From Raphidiopsis brookii D9 (GTDB lineage Bacteria; Cyanobacteriota; Cyanobacteriia; Cyanobacteriales; Nostocaceae): a stretch of DNA of 32,000 bases. A model generated the notes under the pieces. The model had not been told where the DNA came from. It did no database searches and saw only the letters and a program-made list of their open reading frames with translations. A program made the position numbers and the translations under genes. Numbering within the stretch: the stretch's first letter is position 1; every line of letters starts with the position of its first letter. The DNA lies in assembly GCA_000175855.1 (NCBI GenBank), contig ACYB01000016.1, positions 1 to 32,000 on the forward strand. The letters run 5' to 3'. Shown here piece after piece: positions 17,891-28,355 of the stretch.

Positions 17891-18778
17891 ATGTACCGCC
17901 ATCTCACTCATCTTATGACACAGTTGGATGGTGATGCGGAACTGATTTTAGTTGATGACGGTAGTCAGGATCGTTCTTTAACTATGATCCGGGAGCTACA
18001 TGACCATGATGGTCGAATTCGCTACTTGAGTCTTGCGAGAAATTTTGGTCATCAGGTTGCTGTGACTGCAGGACTAAACTTTGTCCAAGGTCAAGCTATT
18101 ATAGTCATGGATGCCGATCTCCAAGATCCTCCAGAACTAATCTTGAGTATGATTGACAAATGGCATGAAGGATACCAGGTGGTTTATGCCCAACGCATAT
18201 CACGTCAAAAGGAAAGTTTATTCAAGCGATTGACAGCATATCTTTTTTATCGCCTTTTACAACGACTCTCTAAGGTTAAGATGCCCGTTGATACGGGAGA
18301 CTTTTGCTTGATGGATAAACAAGTAGTGGATATTCTCAATGCTATGCCAGAGCGTAACCGCTATATTCGCGGTCTACGTGCTTGGGTAGGATTCAAACAA
18401 ACATCTGTACTGTTTGAGAGAGGTCCCCGCTATGCAGGAAAAGTTAAATATACCTTTAGTAAGTCTTTCTCACTAGCAATTGATGGTATCATATCATTTT
18501 CTACAGTTCCTTTAAGACTAGCAACCTATTTAGGTATTATCTCAGCGACTATTGCTTTGATTATGATATTACTAGTTCTGTATTGGCGAATATTTGCTCC
18601 TGTTTCCCAATTAATTGGATACAGTCTTATCACAATTGCTATATTTTTCCTGGGATCAGTTCAACTAATTTGTATCGGGATTTTGGGAGAATATATTGGT
18701 AGGATTTATGAGGAAGTCAAAGCTCGTCCTTTGTATACCTTAAAAGAAACTGGTGGTTTTGACCCCCTAAATATCTAA
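17891..18778 (+). CDS. Family 2 glycosyltransferase (ArnC / polyprenyl-phosphate sugar transferase-like), 5'-truncated
   Basis: [21 protein letters not shown] and two C-terminal TM helices with [17 protein letters not shown]. In-frame codons upstream of the first ATG (17861-17890) read [10 protein letters not shown], the conserved P-x-YNEE motif. They are preceded directly by a stop (17849-17851) with no start codon, so the first beta-strand (approx 10 aa) is missing. Confidence 0.8.
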   Translation: MYRHLTHLMTQLDGDAELILVDDGSQDRSLTMIRELHDHDGRIRYLSLARNFGHQVAVTAGLNFVQGQAIIVMDADLQDPPELILSMIDKWHEGYQVVYAQRISRQKESLFKRLTAYLFYRLLQRLSKVKMPVDTGDFCLMDKQVVDILNAMPERNRYIRGLRAWVGFKQTSVLFERGPRYAGKVKYTFSKSFSLAIDGIISFSTVPLRLATYLGIISATIALIMILLVLYWRIFAPVSQLIGYSLITIAIFFLGSVQLICIGILGEYIGRIYEEVKARPLYTLKETGGFDPLNI

Positions 18779-18822
18779 TTTAGTTTATACTAGCTTATAA
18801 ACAATATTTAAGGATAATTCCT

Positions 18823-19190
18823 GTGTCACTTCAAGAATTTACTTTGCTCCTGTTCTCTGTTCTCATTAGTGTTACTGGACAATTCCTCTTAAAAACAGGA
18901 GCCCTGAAACTGGGTAAGGTTGATGCGGGGAACTTTATTACTCATATTCTCAACATGATTACTGTCCCCGAACTATTGTTGGGACTCGCATGTTATGGTG
19001 TGGGAGCAATAGCATATATTTTACTCCTTACCCGTGTTAATCTCAGTATCGCTGGTCCCGCTGTCTCCGTGGGTTATATTTTTCAGTCCTGATAGGTATT
19101 TTGGTATTTAAAGAATCTATACCTCTTATCCGTATATTAGGACTAGGTTTTATCGTCACAGGAGTCATATTATTGGTTAGACCTAATTGA
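18823..19190 (+). pseudogene. Small 4-TM SMR/EamA-like transporter (ArnE/ArnF-like), frameshifted
   Basis: The ORF-track frame ends ...VGYIFQS at TGA 19090-19092. The frame starting at 19089 continues LIGILVFKESIPLIRILGLGFIVTGVILLVRPN to TGA 19188-19190. One extra C in the CC run at 19088-19089 would restore a single 122-codon ORF. Confidence 0.7.
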
Positions 19191-19352
19191 TATTCTTATT
19201 AGTAATTTTGCGGATGGATAGATCAATCTCCTGAAGAATAAGATGTAATCATCAAAGAAGGTAATGAAGGGCACAACTTCATAACCAGTTGTTATTACAA
19301 GATATCATTATCAACATTATCAATTTTATTTTAAACATTAAGGAGCTATGGA

Positions 19353-20282
19353 GTGGAAAATAAAAGGTTATTTTTTTGCCCACAAGGAGTATTAGTTATA
19401 TTACTGTGCTTAATTGGTGCTTTAGGAACTGGGTTAATGTTGTTTTTAAAAACAACTGCTTTTTCACCTCAAGATGATAATAATATTATCAACCATGGCG
19501 CTAATAATACTCCCCCCAGAATTTCTTCTAAGTTTACTAATGGAAAATCTCTGGGTAAGTTTAAGAACACTATGCTCACTACTTGGCACAAAGAAGCACA
19601 GTCTAAAGGGATGATTCCTGACGTACCTTCCCAATTCCAAGGAAAAGTTCTTAAGTCAGTTACCTTACCTCCCAATAAAAAGGTTATAGCGCTTACCTTC
19701 GATGATGGTCCTTGGCCCCAAAGTACGGACCAAATCCTAGATATTCTCAATAAAAATGATGTCAAGGGCACTTTCTTCGTACTTGGAAAAAATGTCCAGC
19801 TTTATCCCGATTTAACTAGACGTATAGTTAATGATGGTCATTCCATAGCTAACCATACTTGGCATCATTGGTATCACGCTATGAATCCTCAAGTTGCTGC
19901 ATACGAGGTTGTAAGCACTACAGATATTATATTCAAAACTACCGGAGTTAAAACAGGACTGTTTCGTCCCCCCGGTGGTGCTATGACTAATGGAGTCGCT
20001 TCCTATGCTAAAAACAATCAATATGCTGTTATTATGTGGTCTTCCGATTCCATAGACTACTCTCGCCCTGATCCCAATAAAATCATTACGAATGTGTTTA
20101 GAACAGCACAACCTGGAGGTATTGTATTAATGCATGATGGAGGAGGAGATAGATCTCACACTGTTAAAGCCCTACCACAAATCATTAATAAGTTTCGCAA
20201 GCAGGGCTACAGTTTTGTCACTGTTCCACAATTATTAGAAATGCAGGAGAAACCAAAACAGGTGGTTGCTAAGAAAAAGTAG
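19353..20282 (+). CDS. Polysaccharide deacetylase (NodB homology domain), membrane-anchored
   Basis: GTG start with AAGGAG 7-8 nt upstream. N-terminal TM helix. NodB motifs TFDDGP, HTWHH, RPPGG and LMHDGGG. Confidence 0.85.
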   Translation: MENKRLFFCPQGVLVILLCLIGALGTGLMLFLKTTAFSPQDDNNIINHGANNTPPRISSKFTNGKSLGKFKNTMLTTWHKEAQSKGMIPDVPSQFQGKVLKSVTLPPNKKVIALTFDDGPWPQSTDQILDILNKNDVKGTFFVLGKNVQLYPDLTRRIVNDGHSIANHTWHHWYHAMNPQVAAYEVVSTTDIIFKTTGVKTGLFRPPGGAMTNGVASYAKNNQYAVIMWSSDSIDYSRPDPNKIITNVFRTAQPGGIVLMHDGGGDRSHTVKALPQIINKFRKQGYSFVTVPQLLEMQEKPKQVVAKKK

Positions 20283-20303
20283 GGGGAGAATTTATGCTCC
20301 CCC
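20282..20303. terminator. GC-rich hairpin between the convergent deacetylase and glsF genes
   Basis: GGGGGAG (20282-20288) pairs with CTCCCCC (20297-20303), with an 8-nt loop. On the minus strand it is followed by TACTTTTTCTT, a U-rich tail downstream of the glsF stop at 20311. Confidence 0.6.
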
Positions 20304-20310
20304 AGGATTT

Positions 20311-23300
20311 CTAAATAACTGCGGAGCTCATCTCTTTGCTGGACTTTTCCCCTTCTGCATTAGCTTCTAAACTATCTGCTTCCGATGGCGGTACTACTTG
20401 CCAAAATTTAGGTAAGTATTCTTCCCATTTATTGAGAATTAATTGCGCTTTTTGAGATTCCGTGCGATCGCAGTGAGCTTTAATCAAATCATACAACTGT
20501 TTTTTGCCTGCTTCGGTTACTACGGGCTGAATTTTGACTATTGTCTTATTCACTAGGTCGGGGAAGCTACCATCTTCGTCTAAGAAGTAGGCCAGTCCTC
20601 CAGTCATTCCCGCACCAACGTTACGTCCTACTTTGCCCAAAACTACTACTACCCCACCTGTCATGTACTCACAACAGTGGTCTCCAGCTCCTTCAATTAC
20701 TGCTGTACCTTTGGAATTGCGCACTGCAAACCTTTCACCAGCTAAACCACTAGCAAATAAAGCTCCTCCAGTCGCACCATAAAGACAGGTGTTACCAACA
20801 ATGACGTTTTTACCTGCATCATAGTTAGCTTCCACTGGGGGTTTAATAATAATTTCCCCACCATGCATCCCTTTACCTACATAATCATTAGCTTCCCCCT
20901 CCAGGGTTAGGGTTATCCCCGGTAAAATAAACGCTCCAAAACTCTGTCCCACACTACCTTGGAAGTTTAAGTTTATTTGCCCTTCAAAACCAGGATCACC
21001 ATATTTAGATGCGATCGCACCTGCTAATCTTGCTCCCACGGTTCTATCGGTGTTTACAACTTTGTAGGTTTTGGTGACTGTAGCTTGATTGGTGATGGTT
21101 GTTTGAATATCCTCATCAGCCAAAATTATGTTGTCTAGAACTTCTCCATTACTGTGAACTTCTTCATGGGTTAACCAAGTACGGTTTGATTTAGTATCTG
21201 GTAACTTAGTTAAACAGTCTAAATTCACAGATTGAGTTTTGGTTAACTTCACATCGGAACGTTTATTTAACAGGTCTGCTCTACCAGTCAACTCATTTAG
21301 GGAGCGATATCCCAGTCTTGCTAGTAAACTCCTAACCTCTTCCGCTATAAAATAGAAGAAGTTGACCACATGTTCGGGAATCCCCGTAAACCTTTGACGT
21401 AGTTCTTCTTTTTGGGTGGCTACACCTTTGGGACAGGTGTTTAAATGACACACCCGCGCCATAATACAACCCTCAGCAATCATTGCTATAGAGCCAAAAC
21501 CAAATTCTTCTGCACCCATTAGAGCAGCAACTACAACATCCCAACCACTCTTGATTCCACCATCAACTCTTAAAACCACGCGATCGCGTAGCCCATTATC
21601 CATCAGTACCCGATGCACTTCGGTTAATCCTAGTTCCCATGGGCTACCTGCGTGTTTGATAGAACTCAAGGGAGAAGCTCCAGTACCCCCATCATGTCCA
21701 GAAATTTGGATAACATCAGCATTAGCTTTGGCCACACCTGCTGCAATTGTCCCAATACCAATTTCCGCCACTAATTTTACAGAAACCCGTGCTTTGGGAT
21801 TAATTTGATGTAGGTCAAAAATCAACTGTGCTAAATCCTCAATCGAATAAATATCATGATGGGGTGGTGGAGAGATCAAGGTTACACCTGGTTTAGAACG
21901 TCGCAACATAGCAATGTAAGGACTCACCTTGGGTCCGGGTAACTGTCCACCTTCACCGGGTTTTGCACCCTGGGCAATTTTGATTTCTAACTGTTTAGCA
22001 CTGGCTAAATATCCCGGTGTGACACCAAAACGACCGGAAGCTATTTGTTTAATGGCACTGGAAGCTGTATCACCATTCTTCAATCCTTTTAAATGAGGTA
22101 AGGTTAGTGAATGACCATTTTCATCCACATCTTTTAACACCCCATAACGCACTGGATCTTCCCCACCTTCCCCGGAATTCGACTTACCACCAATACGATT
22201 CATGGCAATGGCTAGATTTTCATGAGCTTCCCGTGATAATGCTCCCAAAGACATCCCACCAGTACAGAAACGTTTAGCAATATCACTGACACTTTCTACC
22301 TCTTCTAAAGGTATGGACTGGCGATCGCTTTCAAAATCTAATAAGTCTCTCAAAGCGGTAGTTGGTCTGGCTTGCAAGTGCTGTTTATAAACCTGATAAT
22401 GGTCATACTGTTTACCATCCACAGCTTTATGTAAAGCTTTCACCAATTCTGGATTATTACTATGATATTCTCCACCAGGGCGAAACTGAACAAATCCTAG
22501 GTTCTCCAACTTCTTCGTTGATAACTCGGGGAAGGCCTTACTGTGGAAGGAAAGCACCTCCTGAGCTAATTCCCCACAACTGATACCACCAATACGCGAT
22601 GTAGTGCCTTTGAAACCTAACTTAATTAGATCCTCACCAATACCAATAGCTTCAAAAATTTGTGCCGCTTGATAACTGGAAAGCAAGGAAATTCCCATTT
22701 TAGAAAGGATCTTCAGCAAACCAGACTCCACCGCTTGACGATAATTGGCAACTGCTTGCTCCAGGGAAATATCATTTAACTTACCCCGCTCTCGCAACTG
22801 CTGGGTTCTAGGATCAAGCCACCAATCACGCACGGTGTCCAGGGCCATATAGGGACAAACCGCACCCGCACCATAGCCCAACAAACAGGCAAAATGATGG
22901 GTACTCCAACACTGGGCGGTGTGCACCACCAAGGAGGTTTTCATTCTGATTCCCTGGCTAATTAAGTAGTGATGTACCGCACCTACAGCTAATAATGGTG
23001 GAATATAACTTAAATTAGCATTAATTCCTTTTTGACCATCCGGAGCAATTTTATCACTCAGGATTAGGATCTTTGCTCCCGCTCGCACAGACTCTGCTGC
23101 TTGTTTTTGCAAAGACTCCACAGCTACCTTTAATCCTTCCGGACCTCCATCAATAGCAAATAGGGTAGATATTTCAGCTGTACCAAATCCACACAACTTA
23201 ATTGCTTCCAAATCCCCATCGGTCAAAATGGGTGAGTCTAATCTTAATCTTTGATCTCCCCCCGATTGAGGATCTAATAAATTTCCCCTTTCCCCTAATT

Positions 23301-25002
23301 CCACTGTTAAGGACATCACCAATTTTTCCCGTAGGGGGTCAATGGGGGGGTTAGTCACCTGGGCAAAACGCTGCTTAAAATAGTCGTAGAGCAAATGAGG
23401 TTTGGCTGATAAAACTGCTAGGGGAGTATCGTCACCCATACTAAAAGTCGGTTCTCCTCCAGTATTACCCATGACGTGAATAATCATTTCCACATCTTCA
23501 CTTGTATAGCCAAACGCAATTTGGTTTTGCAACAGAGTTTCCCTATCAGGTACTTCCCAACTGAGATTTCCATTACCTGTATGGTGACCATTACCATTTG
23601 CATCAGATGGTAATAAATCCTTTAAGTCTTGACGATGTTTTTGCAACCATTCCTTATATGGATGTAACTTAGCAATCCGCTGTTTAATTTCCCAGTTTTT
23701 CAACACCTCATTGCTAATCAAGTCCACCGCAATCATTTGTCCTGGACCCAGTCTACCCTTCTCCACAATACTTGCTTCGGGAAACTCCACCACCCCCGCT
23801 TCTGACGCGACCACAATATAATCATCGTTGGTAATTACATAACGCGCTGGTCTCAGTCCATTCCTATCTAAGGTGGCTCCTACATTTTTACCATCACTAA
23901 ATACTATGAGAGCAGGTCCATCCCATGCTTCTTGCAGTCCACTGTAATATTCGTAGAAATCCACAATTTCTGGGTGATCTTTTAAGGAGGGTTGATTTTT
24001 ATATGCTTCTGGCACCATTATCATCAACGCCTCTAAAGGACTACGTCCAGATCGTACTAATAACTCTAGGACGTTGTCTAAATTTGCCGAATCACTACTA
24101 TCTGAATTAACTAAGGGTTTATATTCTTCATCCCTACCTTGCCAAAGGGGATGCGCTAGGGTAGATTCCCTCGCCCTCATCCAGTTAATATTGCCCAGTA
24201 GTGTGTTAATTTCTCCATTGTGACCCAGCAACCGCATTGGTTGAGCTAAAGGCCATTTTGGCATAGTATTGGTACTAAAACGACGATGATATACGGCGAA
24301 AGCAGATTTAAAGGCTGGATTCTTTAAGTCTTGATAAAAACTGCCCAAAACAGCTGAGCGTACCATACCCTTATAAACTATGGTGCGACTGGAAAGGGAA
24401 CAAACATAAAATTCATCTTCTAAGTCTCTTAGCTGTTTTGCAGCTTTCACTATCCGACGACGCACTATATACATTTCCCTTTCTAGCTCATCCCCGGTTT
24501 TATCTGAGGAACGGACAAACACCTGCTCTATACGAGGTTGATTTTCTCGTGCTTGTCTACCCAAAACCTCTGGAGATACGGGCACTGCTCGCCAACCCAA
24601 AACCTCTAACTTTTCTTCGGTGATCACCTGTTCAAATAGTTGTCTGGCTTTTCTGGCGGATTCTTGCTCTTTGGGTAAGAATATCATTCCTACAGCTATA
24701 TTACCTGTGTTATTGGTCCATCCTTCCTCTGCTAACAATTGCCAGGGAATAGCTGTTAAAACCCCCGCTCCATCTCCTGAGTCTTTATCCGCACTACACC
24801 CTCCCCGATGCTCTAAACAGGTCAGTGCGTCTAACGCCTTGGTTAAAATCTCATGGTTGGCATAGTTTTTTTTATGAGCTATAAATCCCACCCCACAAGC
24901 ATCTCGCTCTTCTACCAACCACCTTTGTCCCTGATAAATTTCCCTATTTTCTTCATCCAACATTGTGATATTTTGAGCTTGATTTAATGATTGATAATTC
25001 AT
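20311..25002 (-). CDS. glsF: Ferredoxin-dependent glutamate synthase (Fd-GOGAT)
   Basis: 1563 aa. The Ntn-amidotransferase cysteine lies in [11 protein letters not shown] after a 35-aa propeptide. FMN and 3Fe-4S region (CxxxxC...C in [16 protein letters not shown]). C-terminal GXGXG beta-helix repeats. Confidence 0.95.
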   Translation of the reverse strand: MNYQSLNQAQNITMLDEENREIYQGQRWLVEERDACGVGFIAHKKNYANHEILTKALDALTCLEHRGGCSADKDSGDGAGVLTAIPWQLLAEEGWTNNTGNIAVGMIFLPKEQESARKARQLFEQVITEEKLEVLGWRAVPVSPEVLGRQARENQPRIEQVFVRSSDKTGDELEREMYIVRRRIVKAAKQLRDLEDEFYVCSLSSRTIVYKGMVRSAVLGSFYQDLKNPAFKSAFAVYHRRFSTNTMPKWPLAQPMRLLGHNGEINTLLGNINWMRARESTLAHPLWQGRDEEYKPLVNSDSSDSANLDNVLELLVRSGRSPLEALMIMVPEAYKNQPSLKDHPEIVDFYEYYSGLQEAWDGPALIVFSDGKNVGATLDRNGLRPARYVITNDDYIVVASEAGVVEFPEASIVEKGRLGPGQMIAVDLISNEVLKNWEIKQRIAKLHPYKEWLQKHRQDLKDLLPSDANGNGHHTGNGNLSWEVPDRETLLQNQIAFGYTSEDVEMIIHVMGNTGGEPTFSMGDDTPLAVLSAKPHLLYDYFKQRFAQVTNPPIDPLREKLVMSLTVELGERGNLLDPQSGGDQRLRLDSPILTDGDLEAIKLCGFGTAEISTLFAIDGGPEGLKVAVESLQKQAAESVRAGAKILILSDKIAPDGQKGINANLSYIPPLLAVGAVHHYLISQGIRMKTSLVVHTAQCWSTHHFACLLGYGAGAVCPYMALDTVRDWWLDPRTQQLRERGKLNDISLEQAVANYRQAVESGLLKILSKMGISLLSSYQAAQIFEAIGIGEDLIKLGFKGTTSRIGGISCGELAQEVLSFHSKAFPELSTKKLENLGFVQFRPGGEYHSNNPELVKALHKAVDGKQYDHYQVYKQHLQARPTTALRDLLDFESDRQSIPLEEVESVSDIAKRFCTGGMSLGALSREAHENLAIAMNRIGGKSNSGEGGEDPVRYGVLKDVDENGHSLTLPHLKGLKNGDTASSAIKQIASGRFGVTPGYLASAKQLEIKIAQGAKPGEGGQLPGPKVSPYIAMLRRSKPGVTLISPPPHHDIYSIEDLAQLIFDLHQINPKARVSVKLVAEIGIGTIAAGVAKANADVIQISGHDGGTGASPLSSIKHAGSPWELGLTEVHRVLMDNGLRDRVVLRVDGGIKSGWDVVVAALMGAEEFGFGSIAMIAEGCIMARVCHLNTCPKGVATQKEELRQRFTGIPEHVVNFFYFIAEEVRSLLARLGYRSLNELTGRADLLNKRSDVKLTKTQSVNLDCLTKLPDTKSNRTWLTHEEVHSNGEVLDNIILADEDIQTTITNQATVTKTYKVVNTDRTVGARLAGAIASKYGDPGFEGQINLNFQGSVGQSFGAFILPGITLTLEGEANDYVGKGMHGGEIIIKPPVEANYDAGKNVIVGNTCLYGATGGALFASGLAGERFAVRNSKGTAVIEGAGDHCCEYMTGGVVVVLGKVGRNVGAGMTGGLAYFLDEDGSFPDLVNKTIVKIQPVVTEAGKKQLYDLIKAHCDRTESQKAQLILNKWEEYLPKFWQVVPPSEADSLEANAEGEKSSKEMSSAVI

Positions 25003-25094
25003 ATTTTGGTTCTCGTTCTGTTACTGAGTGGTGTTACTGGAAGTAATGGCAAATTCGCTGACAAAACATATCAGTTCTTATATCTACTCACCTA

Positions 25095-25126
25095 TATTAA
25101 TTCATACCTGTATTAATTCATACCTG
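25095..25126. repeat. Perfect 16-bp tandem duplication TATTAATTCATACCTG x2
   Basis: 25095-25110 and 25111-25126 are identical. The repeat lies 93-124 nt upstream of the glsF start codon. Confidence 0.9.
25110..25123 (-). promoter_or_regulatory. NtcA-type binding box GTA-N8-TAC with a -10-like hexamer on the glsF strand
   Basis: GTATTAATTCATAC exactly matches GTAN8TAC. On the minus strand, TAGATA (complement of 25081-25086, fits TAN3T) lies 23 nt downstream of the box. A weaker adjacent box (minus strand GTA-N8-TAT, 25094-25107) comes from the other repeat copy. Confidence 0.5.
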
Positions 25127-25368
25127 GTTTTTGTTGGTGGTTGGGGACAGCGAGTGCCTTTCCTGCTAAAGGATAAAACCTGGGCAGGAATATGGTTTTA
25201 CCTGACATTAGGTTATGGTTTCTATAGGTTGATAGTGAATCCTTATTAACCTCACACACTTATTTACGCAGTTGGTCCTGGCTCATTTAGATAACAATGT
25301 GTCATCTGAAAAGCCATATCTACAAGTTCAAGTTTACACTGCCTAGTAGTTTACCCTATTTTCATTGG

Positions 25369-25398
25369 TTGTAGTCAAAAAGTACAAGTATCTATAAT
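25369..25398 (+). promoter_or_regulatory. Sigma70-type promoter candidate for the phosphodiester glycosidase gene
   Basis: TTGTAG (25369-25374), 18-nt spacer, TATAAT (25393-25398). Confidence 0.3.
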
Positions 25399-25506
25399 AT
25401 ATAATACCATCCTTTGGCTAGAAAAGTAGTTCTCAAAAATTATTCTCAACTATTTTTTCAATCTCTCTTACTATCTTATCTTGACATTCTTCTCACTTTA
25501 GAGCTT

Positions 25507-27327
25507 ATGACACTAATCAGAGCCAATAAACAAGCATTCCTATGCTTAATTGTAACTTCAGTGCTGGTGACAACCGCTAATTTGGGTTTTACCAGTACTG
25601 CTCAAGTTCTTCCCCCCACAGGTTCGTCGGGTAATCAAATTACTCTCAACGGTAGTAAGTTGCCAGCACCTTGGATGCAATTACGGGAAGGTGACCAAAT
25701 AATCACATATTTGAGTGATGCAGCTTTGAGCCAATTTGTAGGGGTGGATTTATTAAACACCAGCAATCCCGAACTACAACCGGTTAATTGGTATTCTGAC
25801 GTATCTGTGAGACCTCTGAAAGCCAAAATTTTAGGGGGATATCGCTATTTAGAAATTTCCCCCTGGTGGAAAAAAAATAAGTGGCAAATTCAAACCAATG
25901 GTTCTAATTTGATGATTTCTACCCCCTCGGTAACAATCAATGATATCCGCCAGGGTAAGGGGTCTTGGGGAGACCGTTTAGTCATAGATATGAATTATGC
26001 TGCACCCTGGAAGGTGAGACCTGGTCAACCTATTAACTCAGCACCGGGTCCAGCCCCTGTACAACCTAATCGGGAATGGATTATTAGTATAGATGGTAAA
26101 GCGATTGACGCACTGGTGAAAAAGTATCTGGCTACATCTAGTCCAAATCCCCTAATACGAAAAATTCAGATTACTAACCGGGTGAAAAATACACATCAGA
26201 CCAATATACATTTAAGTTTACCCTTTGCTTCATCTCCCCGCGTTACTACCCTTTCTAATCCTAACCGCTTGGTTATTGATGTCCGTCAGGATGCTTTGGT
26301 CCCTAGAGATATTACTTGGAGTAAAGGACTGCGTTGGCAACAAAGATTTATTAATCTCGGCAAAGACAGCTTTCCTGTAGTTTGGTTGGAAATTAATCGG
26401 AAAACATCAGAGTTAAATTTACAACCCATATTACCCAATCCTCAGACACAAACAGGCACAGCACCACTAACATTAACTGCACAACGCTACTCAGCTATCG
26501 CAGGAATTAATGGTGGTTACTTTAATCGGAATAATCAGCTACCATTAGGTGCAGTACGCCACAATGACCAGTGGATTTCAGGACCTATACTCAATCGAGG
26601 TGCGATCGCATGGAATGATCAAGGGGAGTTTTATTTTGGTAGGTTGAGTTTAAACGAAACCCTAATTATCAATCAGGATAATAAAAAAACAACTCTCCCA
26701 GTTTTGTTTTTGAATAGTGGCTATGTGCAAAACGGCATAGCTCGTTATACATTTGCTTGGGGACCTAACTATATACCACTAACCAATAATGAAACTATCA
26801 TAACAGTTCAAAATGGTCAGGTTACTAAACAATCCCCACCAGAGGGGGCCATTTCCATACCTCGGGATGGCTATTTACTCATCTTACGGGGAACTGCTGT
26901 CACTAAAGCTTCCCTATTGAATGTTGGCACAAAAGTAAATTTGGAAAGTTCTACCATACCGGGTGAGTTTAACACCTATCCCCACATTATTGGAGCAGGC
27001 CCGTTATTAATTCAAAATCAGCGAATTGTTGTTGATGCCAAAGCTGAAAAATTCAGTCAGGCTTTCATTAAGGAACGAGCAGTTCGTAGTGCTATATGCA
27101 CCACTAATACTGACAATTTAATTCTTGCTGCAGTTAATAACCGTGTTGGTGGATGGGGACCAACATTAGAAGAACATGCCCAGATCATGCAGAAAATAGG
27201 TTGTACAAATGCCCTTAATTTGGATGGTGGTAGTTCTACAAGCTTATATCTAGGTGGACAATTACTAGACCGGTTCCCCAACACTGCTGCTCGTGTTCAT
27301 AATGGCATTGGTGTTTTCTTAAAATAA
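25507..27327 (+). CDS. Phosphodiester glycosidase family protein (NAGPA/DUF2233 domain), secreted or periplasmic
   Basis: I place the start at ATG 25507 (MTLIRANKQAFLCLIVTSVLVTTANLG looks like a signal peptide); the ORF-track TTG at 25414 is less likely. Two AMIN-like segments (RLVIDMNYAAPWKV and NRLVIDVRQDA). The C-terminal GINGGYFNRNNQLPLGA...TNALNLDGGSSTSLYLGG is typical of the family. Confidence 0.75.
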   Translation: MTLIRANKQAFLCLIVTSVLVTTANLGFTSTAQVLPPTGSSGNQITLNGSKLPAPWMQLREGDQIITYLSDAALSQFVGVDLLNTSNPELQPVNWYSDVSVRPLKAKILGGYRYLEISPWWKKNKWQIQTNGSNLMISTPSVTINDIRQGKGSWGDRLVIDMNYAAPWKVRPGQPINSAPGPAPVQPNREWIISIDGKAIDALVKKYLATSSPNPLIRKIQITNRVKNTHQTNIHLSLPFASSPRVTTLSNPNRLVIDVRQDALVPRDITWSKGLRWQQRFINLGKDSFPVVWLEINRKTSELNLQPILPNPQTQTGTAPLTLTAQRYSAIAGINGGYFNRNNQLPLGAVRHNDQWISGPILNRGAIAWNDQGEFYFGRLSLNETLIINQDNKKTTLPVLFLNSGYVQNGIARYTFAWGPNYIPLTNNETIITVQNGQVTKQSPPEGAISIPRDGYLLILRGTAVTKASLLNVGTKVNLESSTIPGEFNTYPHIIGAGPLLIQNQRIVVDAKAEKFSQAFIKERAVRSAICTTNTDNLILAAVNNRVGGWGPTLEEHAQIMQKIGCTNALNLDGGSSTSLYLGGQLLDRFPNTAARVHNGIGVFLK

Positions 27328-27443
27328 ATCAATTATGAAGAGTTAATGTGGAGCAGGGATTTTTTATCTCCAGTAGACCAGCATTAGGTTTTAATTTAGT
27401 ATGGTGATGGGAGATTAGTTTAAAGATTAATGTGGAGATTAAT

Positions 27444-27863
27444 ATGGCTCAATTGACAGAAAAACTTTCCCACAATGGACTTAGTCTCAGCACAACTGCT
27501 GACCATAAGGGAATCCTTGCTGGTGAATTACGTCCTTGGGGATCATTCACTATTTTAGAGGAAGGAAGAGGCTATAAAATTAAACGTATTGAGGTTAAAC
27601 CTGGACATCGTCTTAGTTTGCAAATGCACCACCACCGCAGTGAGCACTGGATAGTCGTCTCTGGTACAGCTAAAGTTGTGTGTGGAGATCGGGAAATCCT
27701 CCTAAGTAATAATCAGTCCACATACGTGCCTCAATGCACAGTCCACCGCCTAGAAAATCCCGGTGTCATTCCCCTAATTTTAATAGAAGTCCAAAATGGG
27801 GAATATTTGGGGGAAGATGATATCATTCGTTACCAAGATGATTATGCTCGTGATCATCATTAA
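27444..27863 (+). CDS. Cupin domain protein (type II phosphomannose isomerase C-terminal-like)
   Basis: RPWGSFTILEEGRGYKIKRIEVKPGHRLSLQMHHHRSEHWIVVSGTA...LENPG. ATG at 27444 with GGAG 6 nt upstream (the ORF track uses GTG at 27432). Confidence 0.8.
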   Translation: MAQLTEKLSHNGLSLSTTADHKGILAGELRPWGSFTILEEGRGYKIKRIEVKPGHRLSLQMHHHRSEHWIVVSGTAKVVCGDREILLSNNQSTYVPQCTVHRLENPGVIPLILIEVQNGEYLGEDDIIRYQDDYARDHH

Positions 27864-27918
27864 GAATGGTATGGATAAACCCTTAACTACTTAGATACTA
27901 ATTAACCATGATTAGCTT

Positions 27919-28245
27919 ATGATTAGTTTGAGTTCAGCAGCTACCAATGAAATTGAACGCTTAAAATCCAAACAGCAGTCCCATAGTTTATTCCGGGTGC
28001 GGGTGCAACCAGGTGGTTGTTCCGGGTGGTTATATCATATCTCCTTTGATCAGTTGATTCACCCGGAAGATCAAGTGTTTGACATTGACAACCTGCAACT
28101 GGTCATGGATCAAGAAACCATAAAGTATATCAACGGTTTAACCATTGATTATTCCGAAGATCTTATGGGTGGGGGTTTTCGTTTCCACAATCCCCTGGCC
28201 ACCTCTACCTGTAGCTGCGGTAATTCCTTCTCCATGACATCCTAA
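27919..28245 (+). CDS. HesB/IscA-family iron-sulfur cluster assembly accessory protein
   Basis: GGCSG cysteine plus the C-terminal CSCGNSF motif. 108 aa. Confidence 0.85.
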   Translation: MISLSSAATNEIERLKSKQQSHSLFRVRVQPGGCSGWLYHISFDQLIHPEDQVFDIDNLQLVMDQETIKYINGLTIDYSEDLMGGGFRFHNPLATSTCSCGNSFSMTS

Positions 28246-28278
28246 CTAACCTTTATCACCGTTAATTACAAAAAATAA

Positions 28279-28308
28279 TTGACGGAAAAACCAAAAAAAA
28301 GTTATAAT
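28279..28308 (+). promoter_or_regulatory. Near-consensus sigma70-type promoter of the str operon
   Basis: TTGACG (28279-28284), 18-nt spacer, TATAAT (28303-28308). It lies approx 48 nt upstream of the rpsL ATG. Confidence 0.55.
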
Positions 28309-28355
28309 CAGGATTTGTTAAAATAAAAAATAGGCAGCTTAATGCGCTGTAACCC

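Noticed and set aside
20541-24865. Seven plus-strand ORFs of 61-85 aa inside glsF (20541, 21551, 22362, 23925, 24438, 24620...)
   Set aside because: All are antisense to a 1563-aa conserved gene and show no recognisable features. They are typical shadow ORFs.
25028-25249. 73-aa ORF in the glsF upstream region
   Set aside because: It has a GTG start, no ribosome-binding site and no motif. It also spans the tandem repeat and NtcA box, so the region is more likely regulatory DNA.
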